Source: Cirrosporium novae-zelandiae (Eukaryota). Taken from it: DNA of 64,000 nucleotides. The stretch lies in NCBI GenBank assembly GCA_026023565.1, contig JAPETS010000008.1, positions 620,001-684,000 on the forward strand, written 5' to 3'. This document shows positions 37,981 to 50,268 of the stretch, piece by piece; position 1 is the first letter of the stretch, and every line of letters begins with the position of its first letter. The notes below the pieces were generated by a model. It was not told the DNA's origin and made no database searches. It saw nothing but the letters and a program-made list of their open reading frames with translations. A program made the position numbers and the translations under genes.

Positions 37981-39002
37981 ATGTCTGTCAATACGGCGGA
38001 TATGGAACTGGCTGCGTCTGGTCGGATATCGCAAGCCCTATCTCATCTCCTCTCTACACAAAAAGCGAAAGTTGTGTTAGCCCAGGTCATTGACGGTCTT
38101 CCTACCATTGAATCAGCCAAAAGGCATAATATCGAACATCTCCCAGATATAGAAAATCGCGTTGATCCATCTCAAGATGGGATCAATTCCGCTAAAAAAT
38201 TTCTAAGCTCGTTAAGTCCTGAACAGTTGTCCATACAGCCTCAGGTGAGAACATTCAAGTCTTGAGTGACGCGAGTATAACTATTAATTAATTCTACTTA
38301 GCTGGCTGAGGCATATCAAAATTCTGAACGTGGCTCACAAGAAGAGAAAATACGTTTTCTTGAATGTGTTACCTTTTTATTTCACATCATTGTTGTAGCA
38401 CTTCACTTCCAAACATTTCCTGAGAGTCAAATGACCCAGGATAAATGGCCAAGAAGAAGGCCGAGCCTACCACCTGATCCTCCACTCCGCCATATAGGGT
38501 ACTATCGTGGTCGTTTTTTTCCCCAAGGGAAAGGAGAAGTGGTCAGTTATTGGGCAGAAAGCGAATTATTTGGGGGCGTCATAGTATTCGAAAGAGGAGA
38601 GTCAGGGCAAGAAGTAAATTTTCTGAGTTATTGATGTCGTACTGCCTTTAAAACTGATATATGACATTTCAGGCTTGTTCTGCGTGGGTTAATGACCCAA
38701 CACGCACGACCATCGAACTTTCCAATGACCAACTCGACCTTTTCTTCGCTCTTGGCGATGAAAATCCGTCGAACTCCTCAGGCAAAGAGCTTGTGGCTAA
38801 CGACTTTCTGCCTTTCAAGCCTGCCCCCAGAGCTGTTAAACTAGATTTGTGGAAAAAATACGAGCGTAAGATATATAGATATTACTGGGATATACACGAG
38901 CCACATTGGGCTCCTCCTCGCGACTGTTTTCCCGATGATGGAGACGTTGCACAACTCATTAAGCAAATGGACGCCCTGAAGCGTGGAGTTAACGTAGATT
39001 AA
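37981..39002 (+). CDS. Uncharacterised fungal protein with YWAE..LFGG motif
   Basis: Three exons in continuous frame (introns 38245-38301, 38614-38672); HIGYY..FPQGKGEVVSYWAESELFGGVIVFERG. Confidence 0.78.
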
Positions 39003-39340
39003 AATTATACAATTGATGTTGGATAGCGCAACATATTCCTTTGTTTAACGCTTAATATATTAATCCCTATACAGGGCTCTTTGAGCCTACTTTAATATTG
39101 CGAGAAAGGTAATTACGAAATAGAACTTGGAATCAATGGAGAAAAGATTAGAAGAAGCAACAATAAGAATGTAGATCCCCAAAATTGCTATATTGTTAGA
39201 CGATAAGCTAGACTCTTACCGCTAGGCTAAAAGGGCATCATGGTTACCCGCTAGGTTGCGGATAACTACACTGTTTAGCTATATAACCGACTACTCCGTA
39301 ACACATATACTCATCTACTAAGAAGAAAAAAACATTTCAT

Positions 39341-40486
39341 TTAGAAAGCCGATATAGCCCGTAAGCTGGTGTTCCATGGAACACCTTCGAGACTTCCGAT
39401 CCGAACACAACAGGGTCTGACGGAATTGGGAAAGTTTGGGGTGATAGGGCTTTTCAAAGAAGGTGGAAGAGCAACATTGCTGGCCGGGCCTCCAATGATG
39501 GGATGGTTTATTGGATCAAATCCTTCGTCTTTTTCGAAAGGAAATGGAAATTCGAAATCTGTATGCATTATTTTGATGCCCGTGCTGGAAGTGTTCGAGA
39601 AGCCTACCACAATGAAGAAATCGGTCGATCACCTTTTCGGCAATTGGGGAAACTATCTCATCCTCATCTACAAGACAAGCTATACCCGCCTTATTGAATA
39701 CTTTGTTAGATGAGAATAGCAAAAAGTATAACTGATACGTTAACTAAAGCGACATACCTGACGACTCCCCTGATTGGTATTTTCGCGCCATTCATGACAA
39801 CCACCAAAAAGAGTCCATTCCAGATAGCGACCTGATTCACCAGACTGACTAGGTTCGGCTGAATTAAAGAAATGAGGGTAAACCATTTCTGGAGTGCTAC
39901 CAGCCCCGCTTGTCAGGAACGAAATTAGGAGGTGGCCGCCGACTTCATGAATCAGCGCCATAGCAAACATGAATTGAAAACGACGAAATTCTTCGTCTAA
40001 TCTATTTTGTGCAGCGTTGATCATATCATCAACTCGCTAAAGCAAAAAATTAGTTTTTCTGCAAAAGAACATAATATGATGATGGGATTGGTTACATGCA
40101 TCTGCTCGAACAAACACAAATTGGAATCTCATGCTGAATTCGCCCTGCCAAGGTTGCCTCTTATAGCATGCGGTTTGACTTTTGTCCGTCATATAAGGAT
40201 CAATCAAAATAAGGGGGAATTCGTCCCAAAGATAGCCCACAAACTCAAGGACTTTGTCGACCCGACCACCCAACTGGGCTTGATTTTGTTGCTGATGCAT
40301 ATCAAATGCTAGAACAAGGTCAGACATGGCCTTAATCCCTTCTTGGCTAATCAGAGCTTGTCGTGCAATGCGAGCGGCGGAACCCATGAAGGTATATGCT
40401 TCTGTTGTGACGGCAGGTTGCTGGAGGTGGCCTTCTACCTCCCTTTTGATTACCACAAAACTCGCAATCTGTGGCTTGGCCTGCAT
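39341..40486 (-). CDS. Uncharacterised protein with zincin-like HEVGGH and GESG..LE..LFGG motifs
   Basis: Four ORF segments join in frame through three introns (first 40037-40099, probably GC-AG; second from 39757; third near 39556-39604); ALIHEVGGHLL...TP...GESGRYLEWTLFGG. Confidence 0.75.
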
Positions 40487-40853
40487 TTTGCACGAAATAG
40501 CGACAACGAAGTAGAAGAAAAAAACTATAACCTAAAAAATCAATTCCTTATAGTTTTAACACGTTCTTTGTAAAGGCAGTGTGACAAGATAGCCATATAA
40601 GTGGTGGCTAGTTAGGTAGATGATTCGCATTCGAGACGCATATAATGATGATAGCTTAGTAATGCCCCCTGATGTAGATGCAAAAGTTGAACGCTCCTTG
40701 ATACGTTAGGCAGCACTCTCCTTTATAAGGGTTTCCCCGCACCAAGTCAGCACTTCGCATGCACATAGCCGTTGGCCTTGGCATGTCTTAACAAGAAAAG
40801 AAAATAGGTGACCAGATCCATTTTGTGGTAGCTTTGAACACGCTCTTCGTCAC

Positions 40854-42504
40854 TTAAGAGGATTCGGTCTGCCTCCCATAGAGTCCGCCATCAAGAATTA
40901 GTTCCTCATTATCGTCATTGTCATCTTGGACCCTTCTCCAGGTTTTCCTCTCCCTCGATCCCTTATCTCCCTTAGGGCTTGCTTCATTAACAGAAACTTT
41001 CCCCTGGCCATTTCCCTTCCAGATAGGCCTTATAAGACCTTTGAGTAGAGGATTGTTACTAAATGTTCCCGACCCGTTACCAGTGTTTGAAGATAATGTT
41101 TGAATAGGATCGTTAACGCTTTCTTCGTCGCTGGACTCGGATTGCTCTACCTTGGCCATTTTTTTCACAACTTTCCCTCCGACGAGATCCACGCTCACCA
41201 CCATGCGGCGTTTCTCATATTCTGGTTTAGCACTCCATTCCATCTTTCTAAGTACTTTTTGCTGATGTTTCAATTGTGCCGCTCTTTCGGCGGGATTAGC
41301 CCACGCGTTTAACCCACTAGATGGAATTTCAAAGTCGGCGGCTTCATCAATAATCCGCGTCCTTTTGGCGTTATTGGCCTGAAAGTTCAATAACTTGTCC
41401 CGATGCTGTTTTGCCCTAGCAAGAGACTCATCATCACTCCCATTTGGAGTAGCCGCATTACTATTGTTTGCCGAAAACGCCCTGGGAGTCTGTGAGACGT
41501 CTGCCCTTCGGTGGGATGCATTGTTGGCTTCCATTCTCTCCCTCCCTCTTTCGGCTTTTAGAGCCGTTACCATTTCTTGAATTTCCTCCGAGCTCAAAAG
41601 AGGATGTTTACAGAAAGTACACGGCCCAAGACCTTCTTTAACACATATTATCTTCCCACAGTAAAGACAGTTTGGGGCTGCAGTTAGAAGGGGGTGTCTA
41701 GTCGCATTGCAGTTACACTTTCTTCGTGGGTCATCTGCAGAGGAAAGCGAAGGATTTGTCTGGATTTCAAGGGTTCGAATTGCAGAGTCAAGGTCATTGA
41801 GGGTAGTAGATTGCCCATGCATAGAAGTGCCTTTGGGCATTGAGGTTAGCACACTATGCTGAAAGTAAGGATCTATTGTAGCTCTTACCACCAGTGACGT
41901 GGATTTTAGCTTTGACTGAACCAGAAGTATAGCGGGAGGACTTCTTTACATTCGGGAGGTCTGATATAAGCATTCCCGCAGCAGAAGGCGGCGGTTTAGG
42001 GGAAGCAGCCCGGGAGGAATTTGATGAACCAGCAACAGCAGTTGAGACAGTTGGTAGTTGAAGGGCATCTGGCTTGGTTGAAAGGGCAAAAGCTCCACTA
42101 ACAGAGTCATCATGTTTCTTTGAAGAAGCTGATGGTCCAGGTATATAGTCATTAACATCCGTTTTAATATATCCACCTTCTGTATCTCCAAAATTATCTG
42201 GGCGGCGGGGCGGAGGTAGTTTATTGAACGGTGTTTTCTTCTTCCGATGAGATCGCGGAACATGGGAAATTTCTGATGATTGCGCATTCACGGGATTGGA
42301 CGGAGGTTCAGTGGTTTCTCTTCGAGAATTGAAAGTTGTAATGAATTCAAGAGCTTGTGGGGAATCTCCAAGAAGATTTTTAAGATGTTGAGCGGTCTCA
42401 TCTTTCGGGAGGCTGAGTGAATAATCAACAATCTGCTTTAAACTGTCTTCATCAAGCGGGAGAAGATTAGAAAGTCTGGGAAGAGCCCAGGAAAATAATG
42501 CCAT
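40854..42504 (-). CDS. C2HC5 zinc-finger protein, ASC-1/TRIP4/Rqt4 homologue
   Basis: CNCNATRHPL...NCLYCGKIICVKEGLGPCTFC and RTRIIDEAADF; intron 41831-41888 joins the two ORFs. Confidence 0.88.
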
Positions 42505-43124
42505 GATGTGGAATTGATTTCACCAGCTTGGGGTATTTTGTGGTCAAGGCTTGGTTGGTATCTGTACTTGATCGTCTAATGAAGAAACAGAAACTTTGAG
42601 TAAAAGGGTTTGAATTCGTATGCGTGTAATGTCTATCTGTGTTCGCTTCCTCAGACTGACTGAAGTATATAATATCTCATCAGCGAAGCCTGAGGTAAGC
42701 ATGTTTCATCACAAAACGAACCGCATCCATCAGGTATTTTAATTCCGGAGCAGCAGATACAGGATGAGTATCTAGTCTTCCACACTCTTATTGATCCAAT
42801 GAAGGCTCAAAGGCGCAGTAGCCTAGCGACTTGAATGACAATTGCTAGCCTGCCAGCAGCGTGGTTGTTGTGGAAAGAAAAAATAGAAAATAGAAGATAG
42901 ATGATGTATTTAAGAGGAACAGGCTAAGTGGCTTATGGCTAATCAATTGGCTGCTTAAGCGAAGATGGCCTTTGACCAATCGTCTTGGGCGCGCGTCTAA
43001 GAAATTTCTGTTAGTACAAGTACAAGCGAGCGGGCTTTGTAACTTTCTGAAATTTGCTTCTCTTTCCCAGACACCTTTCTTTATACACATCTCCTTACTA
43101 GTTTTCATATGATCGCGAAGTTTG

Positions 43125-45063
43125 ATGATGGAGACTGTTGATGGCACTGAATGGGATGTTGTTATCTCAGGAACTGGACTTCGACAGTCCTTACTAGCAT
43201 TGTAAGGAGGGAGGGTGAAAAGGCTCAACTCTCTTACCCCAATGTTGGCTATCCGCTGACTCGATGGTTGATCGAGAGCTCTCTCTCGCTCAGGCCAAAA
43301 AGTCCTTCATGTCGATAAGAATGATTACTATGGCGGCAATGAAGCTGCTTTCAGTTTGCAAGAAGCAGAAGATTGGGTAAGGAAGATTAATGAAGGTATA
43401 CATACACTCCGTTCTCTCTTTTTGAGGCTTCATGGTTGACAGATTTCTCTAGAGCCTAATGCATTCCCTTTTCAGGATGCACGTATTCGATCTCAGCCTA
43501 CAACAGATCAAAACGATCCATCTGCACCTAAGCTATCTTTCTCACGTGCTTATACCTTAGCGTTGTCACCTCAAGTAATATACACCCAGTCGAAGATTCT
43601 TCCCATCCTTGTATCCTCAAAAGTGTACCGTCAGCTAGACTTTCAAGCTATTGGGCACTGGTGGGTCTACTCACGTGAACTGGCAGCATCTTCAGGCGAC
43701 GGCAGTAAAGATGTAGAGCAACCAACCTCCAAAAGAAGAAGAGGGAATTTCTATTGCGTGCCGAATGGACGAGAAGATGTCTTTTCCGATGAGAGCCTGG
43801 ACATGAAATCTCGGCGAGCCTTGATGAAATTTTTAAAGTCTACTGCGCTAGGTGAGGAGCCGATCGATGAGGATCTGGAAGGGCTATTCCCTGATCTTTT
43901 ATCTTTGAGGTACCGCCTGCCTGCGTACCTGCAGAACTCTTTGTTTGCCCTGACATTGTCACCGAATTCTCCCTCTCACATTCAAAACAAATATGCTCTT
44001 CCACGCATACGACGTCACTTGCGATCGATCGGTGTTTTTGGCCCGGGGTTTGGCGCTGTAACTCCGAAGTGGGGCGGAACAGCAGAAATTGCCCAGGTCG
44101 CTTGTCGAGCGGGTGCAGTTGGTGGAGGAGTTTATGTTCTCAACCGAAGAATCGCCAAAATCGATGAAATTAATATTGATGGTGTCCCAGACCAGGCACA
44201 AGCTGCTACACTAAAAGGTGTTAAATTGTCTAATGGGGAAGCTGTCAAAACCCGTTGGGTGGTTGGGACCAATCATGACCTACCAACAACATCCGACCTT
44301 AAATTGCAACAATCTTTAAAGGCTTCAAGGTCCATATCAATCTTATCAACGGATTTGAGTGAGCTCCTTCCTGTTACAGCAGAAGGTGCCCCACCTCCAG
44401 TTGGAGCTGTAATTGTCCTTCCATCTGGAAGTCTCAGCAAGGAGGACCAGCCTGGGGAATGTCCCCCAGTGTATGTTATTGTTCACTCGAGTGATACAGG
44501 AGAATGTCCAGTTGGCCAAAGTAAGTACTTAATTTCTGCGATACTCGTCCCATACTTAGACCTTTGCATGATGATCCAAATATTGAATACCTTACTTACA
44601 TTATCTGCAATATCATTGAAGATAACTTACCTCTGACATTCTGATGCAAATTTAATACCCCTTATTTTCTGTTTTCAACGCTCGTGACTTTTAGCACTGA
44701 CATTTCTGCTTAGGTGTTTTATATGCATATACATTGGCCAATGGACAGAAGGGCCAAGATCTGCTTCTTGATGCTGTTAATACTATTATCAGTAATCTCC
44801 AAATGACCCCACTGCCTCAAGTATTATGGTCTCTTCAGTACACTCAAACATTTCGCCACTCAGAATCAGATCCCGCACTGCAACCTAATATTGACTCGAA
44901 TATTCTTCTATTCCCAGAACTTGAGCTAGATCTGTCTTTAGAAGATGATGTTGTAGACCAAGTCCGTGAGGTTTGGCATAGAATCCAACCTGGAGCGGAT
45001 GAAACTGAATTTATGCGCTTCGAAGAAAGAGGGGAGGATGGTCAAGAGAATACTGATGAATAG
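43125..45063 (+). CDS. MRS6: Rab escort protein / Rab geranylgeranyltransferase component A (GDI/REP family)
   Basis: WDVVISGTGLRQSLLAL|ALSRSGQKVLHVDKNDYYGG, RSIGVFGPGF, EIAQVACRAGAVGGGVYVL; last intron 44521-44713. Confidence 0.88.
44563..44650 (+). ncRNA. Intronic box C/D snoRNA, snR62/U34-like, probably dual-guide
   Basis: Terminal stem TTTGCA/TGCAAA, box C ATGATGA 44568-44574, D' CTGC 44605, C' TGAAGA 44617, box D CTGA 44641. Both guides complement conserved rRNA tracts (recalled sequences). Confidence 0.85.
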
Positions 45064-45833
45064 ATACTACATACTCTAGATGACTAGTAATGAATTATAG
45101 CTTAATTTTATTCTAATTTTTGCCTATCCGGCTGCCATTGTAGATTTGTAGTGATGTGTATTAAAAGCGATCTTGCTCATTACGTGTAATAAAAACCAAG
45201 TATCATGGAATGTCAGAAAATGTCAGATGCGGCGTGGTTCAACTCTGTAGTACTGTTCGTATTAAGGTAATGTTTAATTGAATATAGTAGATCTATCTGG
45301 ATTCTTGCTCTATTTTTTAATATACTCCAAAACTCTATCCTAGCAGTCGTCCATATATAGCCCGTAAAATCATTATAGATTGACTGGTCAACAAACAACC
45401 CGAGGAACAGAAACATTTTTCACATCAGCATGATTGAAAAATTAAGCGTAGGATTTACTGATGGACACAATGGCAAGCAAGAGACGGTATGGTAGAATAT
45501 AACAAGCCTTTCCAATTGCTATTTAGTAATGAGCAGAAGGCACTCCAGCATCATAGTTTTGAGTCCAGATGCAAAGAACAAGAATCAAACGAAGAAACCC
45601 TTCGAGTAAGTATACGGACGACAATATGGATAGTCCAACAACTTGCAGGACAAAAAACGCCAAATTTTCGATAATATCCTCTCCATTTGGCCCTGAGGTA
45701 TATATCAACAAAGCCGTGAGGCACCCTTCTTCCAATTCTCCAGAAAAAAAAAATCATTACACCGTCATGACGGGAATAAAACTCCAACACCGAGGATTAA
45801 AAATGGTTATGTTGTGAAGACAAGAAGGTGAAG

Positions 45834-46384
45834 TTATCGTCGCCTGGACCCGGAGCTTTCAACCCTCTTTTCCAATCCCTCGACCCGACTCCTGAATCCC
45901 TTGACTATTTCTCTGATTCTCCTCACCTTGTCGAACTCGACTTCGAGCTCGTCTATCTGTCGTAAGATCTCTTTGAAACGCGCGATCTCAGCATCAGCAA
46001 CAGCCATCGCGTTACCTGCACGGTCATATTGGGCTTGCGTAGATAATTGAGTTTGGGCAGTCAACTGGCATCAATGTATGTTAATATGGATCATAGGTAT
46101 AAAAAGTCGCATAGACTGACTGCGTCCACTCTTCCTGAAATAGCTGCCATGAGTCTGTCGAAGTGATGGGCCAATGCGGCCAAACTCCCTGGATCCAAGA
46201 GCAATCTACCATGGCTACTGGCGGCGCTTGCGGCGCGAGAAGACGAGGTACTTCCTCGTCCATTTCCCCGGCCTCGAGAGACATTCTGGTTCTGTAGGGC
46301 AATTGCCTGGTGTTGCCTCAATATTTGGATTTCCGAGGACGTGAGGCCGAGCTGCGTGTCGGGAATAGATTGGGGGGAGGACAT
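45834..46384 (-). CDS. cnl1: BLOC-1 subunit Cnl1-like coiled-coil protein
   Basis: Two exons; SSRAASAASSHGRLLLDP, YDRAGNAM..ADAEIARF, IDELEVEFDKVRRIREIVK. Family name from recollection. Confidence 0.7.
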
Positions 46385-46744
46385 TGAGTAGCGATCATGC
46401 TACAAGAGAGATTTTGGAGGAGACGGAAACAGATGACGGTCTCATGGTTGAAGCTACCGCTGAGAGCAGCGAAGCTGAGGGGACGAGAGCGCTGAAGGAG
46501 GGTGGTGTCTGAAGTTAAGTTGTGTGTGATGCGGTTGGAGGCGCTCCGAAGCTTGGACCATCGTTCTGAGCGGTCCGAGGCAACGTTTGGATTTCTTCAA
46601 ACTTTACTTCATGCCCAAAGTGCAGCCTCACTTGGGCATCGCAAATTACAAGAGCAGACCAAATCACCGTCCTCCTTCGTCGCTAATTTCAAATCCATAC
46701 ACACTGTCTCCACCAACGATTTCCTTTCTCACCTTATAGCAACC

Positions 46745-47602
46745 ATGGCTCGCGACAAGGACCGTGCCGTAAACCCTGCCCAAGCCCAGCGGAAGGCCGA
46801 GAAGCAGAAAGCCCTGAAAAAGAGCAAAACAGAACAACAGGCTCGACGAACGGAGAAGCTTGCACACCGAAATCCTGAACGATTACAACGTCAGATCGAC
46901 GATCTAAAAGCCATTGAATCATCCGGCCGACCATTACGTCCTCATGAAAAGAAAGTATTGGAAGAGCTGGAGCGCGATATCAAGGCTGTGAGAAAAGCTA
47001 GAGAAACACTCGGGGATAAAGCACCGAGTTTTGGTAGAGAGAGATCAGAGGGTCACAGTCAGCATGGGAGATTTGACCAGGACGGTATTTTAGGCAAGCG
47101 GAGGAGACAACAAAACTATGAAGGGAGTAGTGGTAGTGAGACTGATGAGAGTGTTCGAAAAATACCAATGCCACGGGATACGCCTCCGCCTATACCCAAG
47201 GAACATCTCTGGCGCAATAGACAGGATTCTAGGAACACACCTGAAGGTAGGCATCCGTTGCCGACCAAGCCAGAAATCAAACCTCAAACTGTCTACGAAT
47301 CTGCTCCGGTCGTGAGGAATTTGAGGCAGGAGGCGGTCAGTGCATTTGTACCAGCCGCTGTCCGTCGAAAGCAAGAGGTGTTAAAGGGTGAAGGAAAACT
47401 AGTTGAGCCGGAGGAGATGGATAAACTTGAAAAGGAAGGCTATACGGGCTCCGGTGTTCAAGCCGTAGCACCACCTAAGGATGGATCTGCCATATCTCAT
47501 GATACTCAACCTCTACAGAATAGCCTAGAGGAGGAAGAAGCAAAGTTCGAGAGGGAACTTAAACAGGTACAAATGGAGGAGGTAGATGATGAAGACCTTT
47601 GA
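46745..47602 (+). CDS. WW domain-binding protein 11 (Wbp11/Saf1)-like splicing factor
   Basis: MARDKDRAVNPAQAQRKAEKQKALKK...RNPERLQRQIDDLK; IPMPRDTPPP; AFVPAAVR. Confidence 0.82.
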   Translation: MARDKDRAVNPAQAQRKAEKQKALKKSKTEQQARRTEKLAHRNPERLQRQIDDLKAIESSGRPLRPHEKKVLEELERDIKAVRKARETLGDKAPSFGRERSEGHSQHGRFDQDGILGKRRRQQNYEGSSGSETDESVRKIPMPRDTPPPIPKEHLWRNRQDSRNTPEGRHPLPTKPEIKPQTVYESAPVVRNLRQEAVSAFVPAAVRRKQEVLKGEGKLVEPEEMDKLEKEGYTGSGVQAVAPPKDGSAISHDTQPLQNSLEEEEAKFERELKQVQMEEVDDEDL

Positions 47603-47969
47603 TGTAATATCCGACGACATCCAAGCGTACCGGATGAAGCCCGCTTCTATCAAGAAATTAATCCAAGCTCAAGGCCTATAGCCCATAGCTCTTCTATCCA
47701 AATGAGCAAGCAGGTCTCCAACGCAACAAGAACGCCTGAAAATGCTGCAAGCGCATTCGCAAGCTAAAACACAAAATTTATACAATAAAGGTAACGCATT
47801 CAAGGACAATCCCTAGGTCTCGATGAGGCCGCCTTTCCAAAACCCAACCAGCCAACCTCATGATAGTCCGTTCCATGCATCATCATTAAACAATCACGCC
47901 TTCCATTGACTCCGTATGTGCATCCATTGGCCAAACATAAATCGTGTACCATGGATTATTTTCTGATTA

Positions 47970-50268
47970 TTATCTCAACCCTTTTGTTCCCCGAACCAAG
48001 AATGGACTTGGCATATCATCCACCATAGGATCCCAGACGGGTGGCTCCTCAGTCATCCGTGATGCCACAAAGTTATTTTCCACAGCTGAGATGGTCTGTC
48101 GCTTCGCCTTTCTTGAAATTACAGGCTCAACAATGTCAATTGCTCTTCCGCCAGCCCTTGCCTGAGCCAGCTCCACCAAAGTTCTCCCCGTAGGACCTCC
48201 AATATTACGATGTAAACCATTTCGAAAGGTGTCCCCTCCATTCGCTTGAGTCTTGGAAAGGTTGAGCTTGCTTGTGGTCTTTCGAACAGGCGAACCAGCA
48301 TCAGTGGCGAGAGTGGTCGACGAGGGGATTTTAGAAAGACGGCGATGAGGAGAAGTGGGTGTCTTCTCATCAAGCGCATTCGATCGAATACTTGGTTGGG
48401 AATGGGAGGTAGGTGATGATAGCTTAACCTGATTGTGGCTCTTTCTTTCGGCCATGTGGAATAGGTCTGGCTGAGTTTGAAGCCTCTTAAGAGGAGCTGT
48501 CATCTGCCGAGCCATATTAGGGCGTGGTGGCATCTTGAATGGATCCTTGGAAGCCCTAGGCAAAGTTGGTGAGGGTAATTCAGGAATGTCATCATCATCG
48601 TCGTCTTCCGAGTAGGCAAGATCAGGCTCCCATTTTGCTCTTCGCTCAGCAGCAGCGGCGAATATATTCCTATTTTCTAAACTTGCAGTTGTGGCGTGGC
48701 GGCGTGGCGACAGCGACAAAGACTGTATAGTAATGGGCGATGGCTCTGCCATTTGAATGTCCATTGGAGACTCCACTGTGGTCCGAGCTCTGGAGAAAGG
48801 AGTTCGTGATGTCTTCTTTGGTTTGGTTATCGGGACCTCTGGAGACTCGACAGATAGCTCACTTAGATCTGTACTCGATGGGAAGTCGGTATCTCCATTT
48901 GTGCTCACAGATGACAACGGGCCAAACGTTACAGTCTGCGACACTTCATGATGGCTGTTCGCATTGTTTGTGGACTGCTCCTTCAGTTGCTCCTTCAGTT
49001 GCCTTTGAACCTCAGCCTTGACCTTTTCCTCCAATTCAATAGCGAACTGCCGGTCGAGTCTTTCCTTCTCTAACTGTATTTGCCGCGTAATCTCCAATCT
49101 TGCTTTTACTTCCCATTCACGGCGAACTGTCGCATCAATTTCCAGGCGCATCTGGTCTTGCTGTGTTTGAAGGTGCCTCAATCGATCATCAGCCTCTTTT
49201 ATCTTTCTTGCAGCCAGCTCTTCCTTAGATCTCAATGTTCTACCGAGGTGGACAACCTCTCGTTCCTTTCTCATCAACTTGACAATTGGTAGTTCCAGCA
49301 GCTCAGCTGTATCTGGTCGCCGCGATGGATTCACTCGCAAGCATTTGGAAATAACTTCATGGAGGTCCTGGGAGTAACACGCTGGCAGGGGCGGATAAAC
49401 TCCGGCTTTGATCTTTTGAATGAGATTTATATGGGTTCTGGCGTTAAATGGGGGGGTCTTCATGCAAAGCTCGTATATGATGCAACCTAGTGACCAGATA
49501 TCGGAGTAAACTGTGTATCTCTCGGCTCCACATATTTCGGGAGACATGTAAAAGGGTGTTCCAACATATGTGGAAGCAAAGTCCTGTGAAGACATGACCT
49601 TTGAAAGACCAAAGTCACCAAGCTTCACTGTGTCGTCATCCGTAAGGAAAACTAATAGATGATTAATACCGAGTTATTACTATAATCAGAGACTAACTGA
49701 CCATTTTCAGGTTTCAGATCACGGTGAAGAATGACGGCATGTGCCTGCTTGCCCCTAAGCTTGGTTGACTTTGGCTCTTTGCTCAGAATATTAGTGCCGA
49801 CATTGGGTGGGTCTTGACCATAATGACAACGATATAAGGCGGTGACGAGCTGTGTGAATATAGACCAGACAAAGTTTTCCTCAGCAACTTGGTTTCTATC
49901 AGTCAATTTCTTAATGTAGCCACCAAGGTCACCGCTATCACAGTACTCCATGTAGAGATACAGATCTTGCGTTTCCTTGACGTGTTCCCTGTGGTAGTAA
50001 CCGACGATATTAGGGTGTTTCAATGAACTCAGGATGTTGAATTCAGCTGCAAGTTGATCACGTTCCTTCTGCGACATCTTTAGGTAGCTGATCTCTTTTC
50101 GGACAAGGACCTAAGTAATTGACATTAGTATATTGTCGAGAGGCCTTTGGAATGGAAGCTGACCTTGCCATTATCCCTCCTCCGTACTTTGCGGATAACA
50201 CCGAAACTGCCATGACCGATCTTCTCGAGCACATCGTAATTGTCGGAGTACTTGGAGGGTTCAGTCAT
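47970..50268 (-). CDS. nimA: G2-specific NEK-family kinase NimA
   Basis: YDVLEKIGHGSFGVIRKV, KEISYLKMSQKER, VTALYRCHYG, HRDLKPEN, DFASTYVGTPFYMSPE, coiled coil RREWEVKARLE, C-terminal PPVWDP..DDMPSPF; three exons. Confidence 0.93.

Noticed and set aside
40645..40675. ATGATGA...CTGA motif pair
   Set aside because: Boxes only ~17 nt apart, with no terminal stem or second box pair evident.
41854..41891. Overlap of two ASC-1 ORFs suggesting a frameshift
   Set aside because: Explained by a canonical 58-nt intron (41831-41888).
46502..46744. In-frame N-terminal extension of the Wbp11-like ORF
   Set aside because: GTG start within the divergent promoter; the family N-terminus begins at ATG 46745.
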